A DNA stretch of 64,000 bases, taken from the NCBI GenBank assembly GCA_963826885.1, contig CAWGYL010000002.1, positions 129,756 to 193,755 on the forward strand, in the 5' to 3' direction. This stretch comes from Nitrospirota bacterium (lineage in GTDB: Bacteria > Nitrospirota > UBA9217). Position numbers and translations under genes: made by a program. A model generated the notes under the pieces. It had not been told where the DNA came from. It saw only the letters and a list, made by a program, of their open reading frames with translations, and did not search any database. Below, piece after piece: positions 40,621 to 52,742 of this stretch. Numbering within the stretch: position 1 is the stretch's first letter; each line of letters starts with the position of its first letter.

Positions 40621-40967
40621 CATTTGACGATTCTGATGTACCATGTGTTTCTGACGTGTGGTCCCGCGGGTATTATCCGCGCGGTCAACGGCCCCGTTCG
40701 GCCATGTGCGCGGATTAGGCGTTCACTCCACGATACGCTAATCAAGAGAATCGCACTGGTTTCACGATAAACAGATTAAAACAGTCTATGGCACTCCATA
40801 ATCTACTCACTTCAGGCTTTCACCGGATATCACCCACCGAAGCATTACCCTATATATAGAGGACATCGGCCATCAGTCTGCCGCTCCGGGCTTCTTGAAC
40901 TATGGATTGAGCACGACGTAAAGATGTCGTCTCAATCCTTTTTGGTTGAAAATTACATCGTTCCAAA

Positions 40968-41110
40968 AAATGGAAACTCGTTTGCTACAGGAAGGATCTG
41001 CTGACAGAAAACATTATTACAAAATGCAATGATACATGTGATACAAAATGAATTCTGTACCTTCGCTAATATTATATGAAACTGGACTTCACTTTCTAGT
41101 CTGCAATTTC
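40968..41110. repeat. Interspersed modular repeat, B-type copy 1
   Basis: aatggaaact...caggaaggatctgctgacagaaaacattattacaaaatgcaatgatacatgtgatacaaaatgaattctgtaccttcgctaatattatatgaaactggacttcac is about 85-90% identical to 59090-59232. Confidence 0.75.
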
Positions 41111-41200
41111 GGCCTGCTGCTAGATGCGTTTATGTACGCCCGGTACAGGCATGAATTTATTGAGGTGCAAGTTCCCTGTACGAATATTCACTGATTTATT

Positions 41201-42301
41201 TTAGATGACAGAATCAGTTTCCTTCTTCGGTATCGGTGGAAGTTGTGCAGGGGACATTTCGGGCCCGAGTAATATCGCGATCCAACGTGTGCTTTTGTGA
41301 TTCTCGCACACATATTTCAGAGTCATGGTCAAAGGTATGCTCAGAACCACACCGATAAGACCGAGCAGGCCTCCCCAAAAAACCAGAGAGATAAATACAA
41401 CAAGCGTGGACAGGCCAAGCCTCCGACCCATGAGCACCGGCTCGACTACGTTGCCAAAAATGAAATCAACGGCCAGATATCCGATAGCCGCGAGCGAAGC
41501 ACGGCCTATCCCGAACTGGATCACGGCAAGAAAAACTGCGGGAACGGCGGCAATAAGCGCGCCGACATTAGGTACATAGTGGAGCAAAAATGCCAGGAAA
41601 CCCCAGAGAATGGGGAAATCTACACCGAGGAATGACAGCCATAACCCGATCAGGACACCTGTTATCAGACTAATTGCCGTTTTAATGGCCATATAGCGGT
41701 TGATATCATAGACGAACCTCATAAACCGGTGAAAGTCATGCTGAGGATCATCAAGAATAGCGCGGAATTTGATGGGAAAGCTCGAAGCTTCAAGGAGTAT
41801 GAAGGTTACGGCGAGCAGAATCAAGACGATCTCGAACAGCGCCGAGCCCAGCCCCTTGAACAAGCTGGCGGTCAGGCTCTTCACCGCTTCCGGTTTCATC
41901 TGATCGAGCAGAATAGAGTCCGTGAACGGGATACCCTTGGTTGCTAAAAACGTCTGGAGTGAAGAAAGATGCATCTGTAAGCGCGTCTGATAATATGGGA
42001 GATTCGCGTAAAAACTTTTAAGAGACGCGACGACGAGCCCTCCGATAACCACTAGAATAGTAGCCATGCACATCACCACGAGCAACACCGCGACTACATG
42101 AGGAATGCGTTTCTGCTCAATCCAGTGGACCGACGGCGTGCCGATGGCAGCCAGGAAGACAGCGACGAGAAACCATACCAGGACCGATTGTGCCTGATGA
42201 ATGTCTCCAGTGATGATCGCGAGCGCTGCCAAAATGACGAGTATGCGTGTTCCGCGGTGGGGATCACTTGGTTCAGCCATGGGCAAATACCTCTTCAACA
42301 A
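41201..42301 (-). CDS. AI-2E family transporter (PerM/UPF0118 permease)
   Basis: About 8 TM helices and 366 aa. Conserved LLHYVPNVGALIAAVPAV / GLLGLIGVVLSIPL pattern typical of AI-2E family permeases. Confidence 0.75.
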   Translation of the reverse strand: MLKRYLPMAEPSDPHRGTRILVILAALAIITGDIHQAQSVLVWFLVAVFLAAIGTPSVHWIEQKRIPHVVAVLLVVMCMATILVVIGGLVVASLKSFYANLPYYQTRLQMHLSSLQTFLATKGIPFTDSILLDQMKPEAVKSLTASLFKGLGSALFEIVLILLAVTFILLEASSFPIKFRAILDDPQHDFHRFMRFVYDINRYMAIKTAISLITGVLIGLWLSFLGVDFPILWGFLAFLLHYVPNVGALIAAVPAVFLAVIQFGIGRASLAAIGYLAVDFIFGNVVEPVLMGRRLGLSTLVVFISLVFWGGLLGLIGVVLSIPLTMTLKYVCENHKSTRWIAILLGPEMSPAQLPPIPKKETDSVI

Positions 42302-42499
42302 AGGATTATCGTTTCCGTGCTCCCGGGAAAAAGCGGAGATTCTGATGATTTGCTTCTTGAGTAAGCCGGTGGTCTATCCGGCAACTTCTGAATCAGACCC
42401 TCTGCTCCATCTCCGAGGCGTATTTGCCGAGACGCGCGAGGCCGTTCAGCCTCGCACGCTTGAAACAAATCCCAAGTAGCCCCTCATTAGGTGCTGAAT

Positions 42500-43480
42500 T
42501 CAATGAAAAACAGCTTCTGTCTGTTCCACCTTTTTCCACGTTTTATCAGGGTCATATGCTGTAACTGCTTTTGCTATCTCTTCCGTCTTGGGCCCGAGGT
42601 CCTTTTCATATACAACACCCTTTTGGTTAACCATGAAGGTCATGATCCCCGAAACGCCGTACTGTGCAGGATATGCCGCCAGGCCAAAACCTTTTACCAT
42701 TTTGCTGTTGACTACGTAATCAAGTTCGCCACCGGGAGCATTGCTGCCCTGGCTTTTCAGGATCTTGAAATAATACCCGTGATAAGGTGAGGGCTTTTCT
42801 CCTTTCCTAAATGTGTATCCTTCTTCTGTTGCACGGGCAATGAGTGGACCCAGAGGACTACTTTCCTCTCCAGAAGCGGCTTCCCAGTACAGGCCATCCT
42901 TCTCGTTTTTCTGGCTCTGAAAGTGTTGCGCGTATTGTAGTACTGCGTCGCTATTGCGTTCCTTGCTGGCATACTCACGCTGGGCATCCACATAAGCGAG
43001 AGAAACCTGAATGGTATTCAATTCGTTTCTGCCTATTCTCCGATTTATGATCTCTTCCTTACCATCTTCTGTAAAAAAAATCCATCCCTGGCCTGACTTC
43101 ACAATGGGAATCGGGAAGCACCATACATCTTTTCCGATATATACTAATAGTGTCTTGTCGTCAAATTTTGAAAACTTAACTCCTTCTGCAGCAGCCTTAG
43201 CGAAACGTTGGCGGCCCTGCGTATCGGCAATGGCATCGCCAGAGGATATGACATCTTTGCTTCCAGACCCGAAAATGGCCAGTAATTCTTTGGTGTCATT
43301 GTTCTTGTCTGCCTCTAAGAGAGCACTGAATGCGTCTTGTGGAGACTTGAACTCTCTTTGCCTTATTTCCTGAGCAGAGGCGAGAAAACCAAAAGCCGTT
43401 ACTTCAATTATGATCATGAAAGCTGCTAAATCACGGCAAAAAAAAGGGTTTTTTAGTTTTGTTACACGTCTGAACATCAT
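42500..43480 (-). CDS. Secreted protein of unknown function (resembles DUF2950-family proteins; attribution from memory, unverified)
   Basis: Signal peptide (K-rich n-region, ...AFGFLASA). About 300-aa mature protein with no catalytic motif. Likely start MMFRR at 43480 with perfect RBS ggaggaaaga. Co-oriented and closely spaced with 43571-44638 and the AI-2E transporter. Confidence 0.45.
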   Translation of the reverse strand: MMFRRVTKLKNPFFCRDLAAFMIIIEVTAFGFLASAQEIRQREFKSPQDAFSALLEADKNNDTKELLAIFGSGSKDVISSGDAIADTQGRQRFAKAAAEGVKFSKFDDKTLLVYIGKDVWCFPIPIVKSGQGWIFFTEDGKEEIINRRIGRNELNTIQVSLAYVDAQREYASKERNSDAVLQYAQHFQSQKNEKDGLYWEAASGEESSPLGPLIARATEEGYTFRKGEKPSPYHGYYFKILKSQGSNAPGGELDYVVNSKMVKGFGLAAYPAQYGVSGIMTFMVNQKGVVYEKDLGPKTEEIAKAVTAYDPDKTWKKVEQTEAVFH

Positions 43481-43570
43481 TCTTTCCTCCATAAATCGGC
43501 AATCCGATAATATTTCATTCATTTTTAATAACCGAGAGATGACGTCTGGCCGTCGAGACACTACATAGTT

Positions 43571-44638
43571 TCACCTGGAACGCCCGCCACGCCCGCCACC
43601 CCCGCCACCATGGTATCCTCCCCCACCGCCACCACGGGGAACTCCACCACCACTACCACGGATAACTCCACCACCAGTGGAGCTTCTACTAGCGGGGATT
43701 TGACCGGCCCTGGAGCGGCTTTGGAATCCACGGTTGCTCGCGGCCCGCTCAAACCGGCTGTTAGCGGAGCGCACAAAGGCACTTGAGCGAGTTGCAGCAG
43801 AAGATCCTGACACACCGTAGCCCCTGAATTGTTTAATTGCCTGTGCACCTCTCTGCGCAGAAGGACGGGCTCTTTGCATGTCTCCAGTTTCCGCGAAAGT
43901 TCCACCACGAAATCTGTTTGTCGGATCTATGCGCGACATCCTGCCTGTCCTGGGATCGCGATAATGATTGCTGATGAATCCTCCGAGCCTGCGCTCATGT
44001 TCATGCCGATGCCCATGCACTCTAATATCAAAGTCTACGAGAACAAAAAACCCCTGGAACCAGAAATCCGACCACCAAAAAGGATAAGGTACCCAAGTAT
44101 AAAGGTATGCATAATCGGGAGGTGGAGTATAGTACGTCACAACGGGGGGGCCTTCAGTAGAGTAATAGTTGTCCATGTCTGTGGATTCAGGGTAATTCGT
44201 GCCGGGTGTTTCACCCGGCAACTGCCCCACAGCAGGTCTTACGGGCATATCATATCCCTTTATGACCTCCTGAAAAGCTGCCATTGCCGCATCTTTTCCC
44301 CCAAATAATTTCCCAGAAGCAGCCGCTTCACTAATTGAAGCTTGTACCTCATCTATAATATCAGGCGTAACCGGGTAATCGGCGATCCATCCATTTCGGG
44401 GCGTTATGCCGACAGAACTCAATGCACTCTCCGCTTCAGCCTCACTCATCGCCGCGCCAAGTTTAAACGCTTCCGTGAGATCGACCGCAAAATCTCCTTC
44501 ACGAGTAAGTGGCTGTGCTATAGGGGGGGTTGCGACATTCGTCTGCTCTGATTGTGCAATTGCTGCTGCAGGGATCAATAGCAAAACGCCTAGCATGAAA
44601 ATAAACACTCTGAACAGTGATCTCCTCCTCATACACAT
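43571..44638 (-). CDS. Secreted protein with an aromatic-rich core and a long Gly/Arg/Ser-rich low-complexity C-terminal tail (DUF3300-like, attribution uncertain)
   Basis: Signal peptide MRRRSLFRVFIFMLGVLLLIPAAAIA. Central YYTPPPDYAYLYTWVPYPFWWSDFWFQGFF and a HGHRHEHERR segment. C-terminus ...GGGVIRGSGGGVPRGGGGGGYHGGGGGGRGGRSR. Confidence 0.4.
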   Translation of the reverse strand: MCMRRRSLFRVFIFMLGVLLLIPAAAIAQSEQTNVATPPIAQPLTREGDFAVDLTEAFKLGAAMSEAEAESALSSVGITPRNGWIADYPVTPDIIDEVQASISEAAASGKLFGGKDAAMAAFQEVIKGYDMPVRPAVGQLPGETPGTNYPESTDMDNYYSTEGPPVVTYYTPPPDYAYLYTWVPYPFWWSDFWFQGFFVLVDFDIRVHGHRHEHERRLGGFISNHYRDPRTGRMSRIDPTNRFRGGTFAETGDMQRARPSAQRGAQAIKQFRGYGVSGSSAATRSSAFVRSANSRFERAASNRGFQSRSRAGQIPASRSSTGGGVIRGSGGGVPRGGGGGGYHGGGGGGRGGRSR

Positions 44639-45121
44639 TCTCCTTCCCCAACTGGACCTTCCTATATTTTATCAAATAAAATGTCCTTACGGCAATTATA
44701 TACGGCAGTTTACTTTTGGAGTTAGCAGAAGAAAGTCTCTTATGTAGCAACGCGGACGAGGGAAGCCTCCGAAAAAAATGAGCATAATGAGCAAAATAAC
44801 AAATACAGTTCGAAAACTGAAGTGTTTCAAAGAATGGAAACTACAACAGCTATAGAAAGTATTCTGCGATTTCCAAAAGATGAAACTCTCGCGGACTACA
44901 GGAAGATAGTCGATGATTGTTTCCACTTAAGATTGATGAGGGGAAAAAACTACTACAATTCTACTACAGTTACAAGAAGAGGATTTACAAATAGTGATCC
45001 AACTCCCTAAAATAATTGGTGTCTCAAGATGGATTCGAACATCTGTAACCGCCTCTATTACCCACAAAAGAAAATGAGTTATGGGAAGTACCATAACTAA
45101 TTTATTTTATAAATATAATTT

Positions 45122-45169
45122 GCGTCCCCAAGGGGATTTGAACCCCTTTTATCGCCGTGAAAGGGCGGT
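45122..45169 (-). other. Partial tRNA-Glu(UUC) gene: 3' 48 nt only (anticodon stem-loop through acceptor 3' strand). Candidate integrase att-site remnant
   Basis: The minus-strand reading ACCGCCCTTTCACGGCGATAAAAGGGGTTCAAATCCCCTTGGGGACGC aligns almost base-for-base with the 3' half of bacterial tRNA-Glu (ACCGCCCUUUCACGGCGGUAACAGGGGUUCGAAUCCCCUAGGGGACGCCA). The sequence 5' of it has no D-arm or acceptor complement. Confidence 0.6.
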
Positions 45170-45590
45170 ACGTGACATTTTCAGCAAAAAACGTAACTGG
45201 GCGATTGGCAACGGCTTTGAGCTAACTTATGAAAAATCAAACTATTTTTTCGATTCTGTCTATTCTGCGGTTTCTGTAGATTCTGCCCTTGGAGCAAAAT
45301 TCTACGACAATTCTACGACAGTCTACGGCACCAGCCATACACACCAATTCACCTTTCTAACATTAGACGGTGTCTGTTTATTAATTTCACGTGGAGTTGA
45401 AATCATCCGGCACTATCCTGTGTGGGCGGGTCACAGCGGCAAAAAGAGCGGAACTTTGTCGTCAGAAAATATGCAAAACAATAGCACGATCAATCAACAT
45501 TTGGTTTCATTCTTTCGCAAAATGTTCGTCAATTGACCCGGGTTCGTGCAAATGCTCTTGCATACATTGCGTCATTTTATGCATCATCTT

Positions 45591-46331
45591 TTATGCGCTC
45601 CCGGCGCAGCACTTCTTGTACTTCTTGCCGCTCCCGCATGGACATAATTGATTACGGTGTATCTTGTCCATGCGCGCGGGAGTGGGCTTTTCGCTTGGGA
45701 TTATCGGTCTTCTCATTCCCCGCGGCTCGGCTAGTCTGGATTCGCGCAAGCCCGCATTGATCCTCGCGATACAATGGATCATCACTTCCTCGAGTTGCGA
45801 AACGTTCTTCCTCGACTCGATTATATCGCTTTCCTTAGCTGTTTTCTCTCGCTCAAGCAACTCCATTAGCTTCTCCTGCACTGTGCTTACCGTTGCAAGG
45901 TCCATGAAAGCTAGTTTAACGTCTCCGGTAAGATCGGTCTCCTGCAGTCCACCCAGGTCGAGCCCTTTGATGAAATAAATTATAAACGCAAGGTGGCCCT
46001 GAATATTTTGCTTGAGCCCATCGAGAGTTTCGGGGTATTCTGTATCGGGGTAGACATATTCTCCCTGTTCCGGCTTCCAGCTCGCAATAAGATTCCAGAG
46101 AGACATGATGTTTCCGAGTGTCATGTTTGCATCGTCCAGGGATTCGAAGGGCTTTCTGTCCTCCCGGCCGAGAATAAGTTCCAGAAAGTCCGATGGCTTA
46201 ACCATATGCGGTGCTGCGATGCAGCCGTAGAACAGACCGTAGACCTCATAGAGCGTCCGTTTTGACCCACATTTCTCCAGCGATTCTCGCATGGTCGTGT
46301 CGCCGCAGTAGGCATTCGGTGGTGTGAACAT
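45591..46331 (-). CDS. YecA/UPF0149-like protein with a C-terminal SEC-C metal-binding motif
   Basis: C-terminal ...LCPCGSGKKYKKCCAGS is the SEC-C zinc-binding motif. The N-terminal ~200 aa are acidic and alpha-helical. Confidence 0.6.
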   Translation of the reverse strand: MFTPPNAYCGDTTMRESLEKCGSKRTLYEVYGLFYGCIAAPHMVKPSDFLELILGREDRKPFESLDDANMTLGNIMSLWNLIASWKPEQGEYVYPDTEYPETLDGLKQNIQGHLAFIIYFIKGLDLGGLQETDLTGDVKLAFMDLATVSTVQEKLMELLEREKTAKESDIIESRKNVSQLEEVMIHCIARINAGLRESRLAEPRGMRRPIIPSEKPTPARMDKIHRNQLCPCGSGKKYKKCCAGSA

Positions 46332-46361
46332 GTATCCCCTTTTTTTAAAAAGCAGCAGGCT

Positions 46362-46856
46362 TCAGCCCGTATGACTCTTCTTTTTCGGCGCTGTCTTCTT
46401 CAAATAATTTTCGAAAAGTTCGCAAGTGCTTTCGAATGCACTCTGATCCCTTTCCGTCATGTGATCGTAGCCGTCAGGCAGTATACCGCCAGATTCGACG
46501 GATTCCATAAGCTTCTTGAGGGGAGTGGTTTTGTACTCTTCGTACATCGAAACATGTCTGATGATCAATCCGCCCAACAGCCATGCATTGTCGATATGGA
46601 TTTTCAGCGTCTTCCGGGACCGATTACCTTTTACTTTTATGAGCACGTCCAGAAACTCTTCCATATATGACAGCAGTTTCTTTCCATATTCACGATCTTC
46701 CCTGGTACCCATCCATCGCTCTGGCCATTTGTCGAAATCGGGAGACGGTTCCGCAGGGTTATAGGCCGTTCTGCTCCCGCCTTTCTCACCATATTTGACA
46801 CTCCCTTTCCTAAGCAGCATTGCTTGAACTTTTAGAGTATGTCCGGATCTCCCCAA
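46362..46856 (-). CDS. Hypothetical cytoplasmic protein
   Basis: 164-aa ORF co-oriented with flanking genes. No recognisable motif. Confidence 0.35.
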   Translation of the reverse strand: MGRSGHTLKVQAMLLRKGSVKYGEKGGSRTAYNPAEPSPDFDKWPERWMGTREDREYGKKLLSYMEEFLDVLIKVKGNRSRKTLKIHIDNAWLLGGLIIRHVSMYEEYKTTPLKKLMESVESGGILPDGYDHMTERDQSAFESTCELFENYLKKTAPKKKSHTG

Positions 46857-47016
46857 ATGATATTAAGTAATAATATCACACCGTTATTTTTTTAATGAGA
46901 TGCACCAGAATTCCGTATTAGTCTTTTACTCCACGATTATAGACCATATTGAATACATGGGAATTGCCAACCGCACACTGTCGCCCCCCACGTCCCTCTT
47001 GAACAACTGGTTAAAC

Positions 47017-47310
47017 CTATTTCATTCTGTCAATCCAATAGTCCGGTTGTCTGTGTAAATGCGCGAACGCAAGAACAACTATTTTGTCATCCTGAATGGA
47101 ATAGAGAATTTTGTATGGGAATTTGTGTACGATGTACCGCCGAATTTCTTTCCGCTCGGACGGCCACGCTTGAGGGTATTGTTGTATGCGGACAAGGGAA
47201 TGCCTGATTTGTTCCTCGAACTGGGTTCCTACGCCCGGTTGCTCTATTTCATAAAACTCTTTAGCCTCATCATATTCCCGACGGGCAATTTCGAGAATTT
47301 CTATGAACAT
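47017..47310 (-). CDS. Type II toxin, RelE/ParE family
   Basis: 97 aa with ...IRRYIVHKFPYKILYSIQDDKIVVLAFAHLHRQPDYW typical of ParE/RelE plasmid-stabilisation toxins. It sits immediately downstream of a small antitoxin ORF with a 2-bp gap. Confidence 0.8.
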   Translation of the reverse strand: MFIEILEIARREYDEAKEFYEIEQPGVGTQFEEQIRHSLVRIQQYPQAWPSERKEIRRYIVHKFPYKILYSIQDDKIVVLAFAHLHRQPDYWIDRMK

Positions 47311-47312
47311 GA

Positions 47313-47528
47313 TTATTTTCTACTGAACATGTCCTCGAAAGAGACTGTTTTAGTTTTACCGGCTTTGTAGGCTTTGAGCCTTTTCTCGGCTTCAGCCACC
47401 CACACTTTTTCAATTTTAGGATCGGGGACATCAAGGCTCTTTAGCAAGGCTTCGATTATGATGGATTTTTCTGCAGGTTTAAGATGTAAGGCTTTTGCAA
47501 TTATAGTTTTCGTTGGTGACATGTTCAC
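47313..47528 (-). CDS. Type II antitoxin (putative addiction-module component) paired with the RelE/ParE toxin
   Basis: 71 aa with Lys-rich helical ...VWVAEAEKRLKAYKAGKTKTVSFEDMFSRK. Gene order is antitoxin then toxin. Confidence 0.65.
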   Translation of the reverse strand: MNMSPTKTIIAKALHLKPAEKSIIIEALLKSLDVPDPKIEKVWVAEAEKRLKAYKAGKTKTVSFEDMFSRK

Positions 47529-47568
47529 ACCTCGTATTCTTACAAAAAATTATATCACAGGTCGCGGT

Positions 47569-47702
47569 AACAAAGCAATATATTCTAACCACCTATAGCG
47601 ATGGGATATTCAAGGGTATTACAACAAATAGAGAATGGATATCGCACAACAAGATACATCTAATATTCTTCACCTCAATTAAATTATGATTTCTGAGAGA
47701 TT
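47569..47702. repeat. 134-bp repeat R, copy 2 (direct repeat of 38301-38434)
   Basis: See copy 1. Two mismatches over 134 bp. It lies about 200 bp downstream of the stop of the minus-strand hybrid kinase gene. Confidence 0.85.
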
Positions 47703-47913
47703 CACCTACAAGTCTGCGTAATCAATTTTGTGACAAGGGTCAAGAATACCACATGAAACATACTTCATCGCACGATATCTCATTGTTCTTCTCGATGGGT
47801 TGGTTAATATCATTGTATCGTGTTGCGTCCTCCTTATTCCAACATTTGTATCTTATAGCTGCTCACCATGCTCTCTTGCGTTACGCGTATGTGAAGCTTC
47901 ATGGAGCAACCCG

Positions 47914-50550
<2,637 letters not shown>

Positions 50551-50760
50551 TAGAAAAGACCTCGTTACTTGGTGTGCGTAACTTATTCAAGGAATGTTAA
50601 CGCGACAACACTTCATTGTTTCAATAAACTATATTGTACATATTTTAAACCGTACCGTCATCTCTTTGCAGAAGATGTAATATTTCACATTCTTCTTGTC
50701 GGAATAATGAGGGAAATCTTTAGGTACAATCCTGAATTTTGCGGGGTTGAAACAGGAAGA

Positions 50761-51078
50761 TCAATAACTATCACTAACTTTTAGAATGCAGCCACGCTTC
50801 TTGTCAATTTCAACTCTCAAGATGGGTTCAGACCATTTTAATCCATCTGATGGTGCGTTTTCCACAATCCACGTGTCTCCGTGATGAAGATGCGCATAGA
50901 AATTATGTGTTTTTGAAAACGACTTATGTATACGATGTTTTTCAAGGGTTTCCCCAAAAATGGGGATAAGAACAGCTTTGGCAATCGCGATGGCCGTCTT
51001 ATCGTCGGGGACAAAAGGTTCACTTTCTACTTTTACCGCTGCACCAGCATGAGTTGCGACTCGAGATCCCCCAGCGGG
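50761..51078 (-). pseudogene. Start-codon-less ~105-codon ORF with protein-like composition; possible frameshifted small gene
   Basis: Open frame ...EPFVPDDKTAIAIAKAVLIPIFGETLEKHRIHKSFSKTHNFYAHLHHGDTWIVENAPSDGLKWSEPILRVEIDKKRGCILKV with no ATG/GTG/TTG in frame. An ATG in the +1 frame at its 5' end runs into a stop after 5 codons. Confidence 0.25.
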
Positions 51079-51259
51079 TTATAATGGATGCTCAATCAGT
51101 TCCTTAATGAATGTATTTGACGTATTTGAAGCATTTTAAATATGTAACCAGAATCACAGACTAAAGCACGAACACCCTTTAGACTTTAATCAAAGTGAGC
51201 TTCGATGCGCTTTCGATTATTGGATCTTCGGACAAAGCACGAAAGGAGGTGAATATATT

Positions 51260-51493
51260 TTGAAAAATATAATTGCAGTCGTCGCGGCTGTAATGTTCTT
51301 AATTGGCCTTGGCGCTCTCTACGCAGAGGATGATGTAAATATGCCTTCGGAAAATTTGTCAAAAGGAACGATATCAACAAAAGAAATGGATAAAAACACA
51401 AATGAAGACACAGGAAATAAAGTAACAAAATATAATAAAGAAAAGAAAATGGGCAAAGAAAAGAAAAAGATGGCTACGGAAGAAGCAAAATAG
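51260..51493 (+). CDS. Small secreted Lys/Glu-rich protein, hypothetical
   Basis: RBS aggagg 9 nt before a TTG start. Signal peptide MKNIIAVVAAVMFLIGLGALYA. The mature part is low-complexity K/E/N/T-rich. Confidence 0.35.
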   Translation: MKNIIAVVAAVMFLIGLGALYAEDDVNMPSENLSKGTISTKEMDKNTNEDTGNKVTKYNKEKKMGKEKKKMATEEAK

Positions 51494-51830
51494 ACATCAT
51501 TCATCTATCGACATAAAGCTCGCAGATATTCCAATTAGGTAAAATTATTAGCCGCTAAGCAGGCAAATCAGGATGTGCCTGTTTTTTTTAAAGCAAGAAT
51601 AAAGCATGTAACATACACGTTTCAAAAAACTTGCTCGTTACAGTTTACAGGAAGGATCAGACGCTGAATGATTCAATCGATATCCTTCACTTCAGTCAAA
51701 TCCTGGTCCTTAGAAGAGCCACCTACTAGTCCGTAATTTCGATCATTCGAAGCTATCATCAAATACGGATAGTATAATGCACATGAACGTCGTGGGCGCG
51801 TCCGGGCGCATGTTCGGGAACAGGATGGGA

Positions 51831-52742
51831 TCAAGGCGTCACAAAGTCCTGGAGATGGTCCAACACGCCTTTCGGCGGGGAGATGTACCTCTTGTCCGTC
51901 TCGGCGTCGCACGGCGGAAGCTCTTCGACGGCCTTGCGCAGGCCGGGTCCATCGAACTCGTTTTTAGTGGTGTACGCCGGCCGGAAATCGTGCGCGAAGC
52001 CGCCCATCCTGTAGGACTTCAAGACCCATATCCCCATCTCCAACGCAAAGGGTTGGCGGGGAAAATCAAACGCCCTTTCCTCAACCTTCTTTACCGATTC
52101 GGGCAGACCGGCATATGGTTTGCTTTTGCAAAAGCCGTCCGTTTGCATTTTGACGAGGGAGGGCACACGCCACGACTCCACAGTGTATTTCCCCGATTTG
52201 ATGCCTACAATCGGTGGCACCTGTCTCGCATTTTGATAAAAAACGTCAAAACCGGTGTTCAGGTCCACCATGTCCTGAGGGCTTTTCAAGCTCTGCAACT
52301 GTAGCGTTGGAAAACGGTACTCCAGCAATTTCTTTGCCACCCCGTCATATGCCACCGTTTCGGGCAATTCGAAGGTGTACGTTATCTTTACGCCGATGAG
52401 ATGTCCGTTCCTGTTCTTGATGGGTGTCTCGTCAACAACCGCCACCCTGATCTCGTTCAACACAGCGGTTGCCACACGCTCCTCGTACCAAGGGTTGAAC
52501 AGAAACAGGAAAACGATCGGACCCGCCAAGGCCAACAGGGGGACCGCATAGGCCAAGGCTGCCAGGCGCGCGCTTTTTGACCTGATCCATTTTTCCAGAC
52601 ACAACGGCAGGGCGAAAATCGCCAAGACCAACGGAAACACCAGATAGAAGAATTCCCCGCCATGCGCGATGCCGTATCCGAACAGGGACAGGGACAGCAT
52701 GGCGCAGACTATGGCGACTATGATGTAGAGGATTTTCAGCAA
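51831..52742 (-). CDS. Membrane protein with three N-terminal TM helices and a ~200-aa extracytoplasmic domain, hypothetical
   Basis: 303-aa ORF with hydrophobic segments at the N-terminus. No catalytic motif recognised. Confidence 0.45.
   Translation of the reverse strand: MLKILYIIVAIVCAMLSLSLFGYGIAHGGEFFYLVFPLVLAIFALPLCLEKWIRSKSARLAALAYAVPLLALAGPIVFLFLFNPWYEERVATAVLNEIRVAVVDETPIKNRNGHLIGVKITYTFELPETVAYDGVAKKLLEYRFPTLQLQSLKSPQDMVDLNTGFDVFYQNARQVPPIVGIKSGKYTVESWRVPSLVKMQTDGFCKSKPYAGLPESVKKVEERAFDFPRQPFALEMGIWVLKSYRMGGFAHDFRPAYTTKNEFDGPGLRKAVEELPPCDAETDKRYISPPKGVLDHLQDFVTP

Noticed and set aside
45025-45060. Second tRNA-like 3' end as a real tRNA gene
   Set aside because: The T-loop has 8 nt, and there is no complementary 5' acceptor strand or D-arm. 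Retained only as a possible decayed att remnant.
45081-45536. 151-aa plus-strand ORF
   Set aside because: Runs across the tRNA-Glu fragment and an interspersed repeat copy. Composition is odd and it lacks an RBS. Treated as non-coding.
51777-52304. 175-aa plus-strand ORF
   Set aside because: Antisense to the 303-aa membrane protein gene, which has the better coding character (TM helices, consistent composition).
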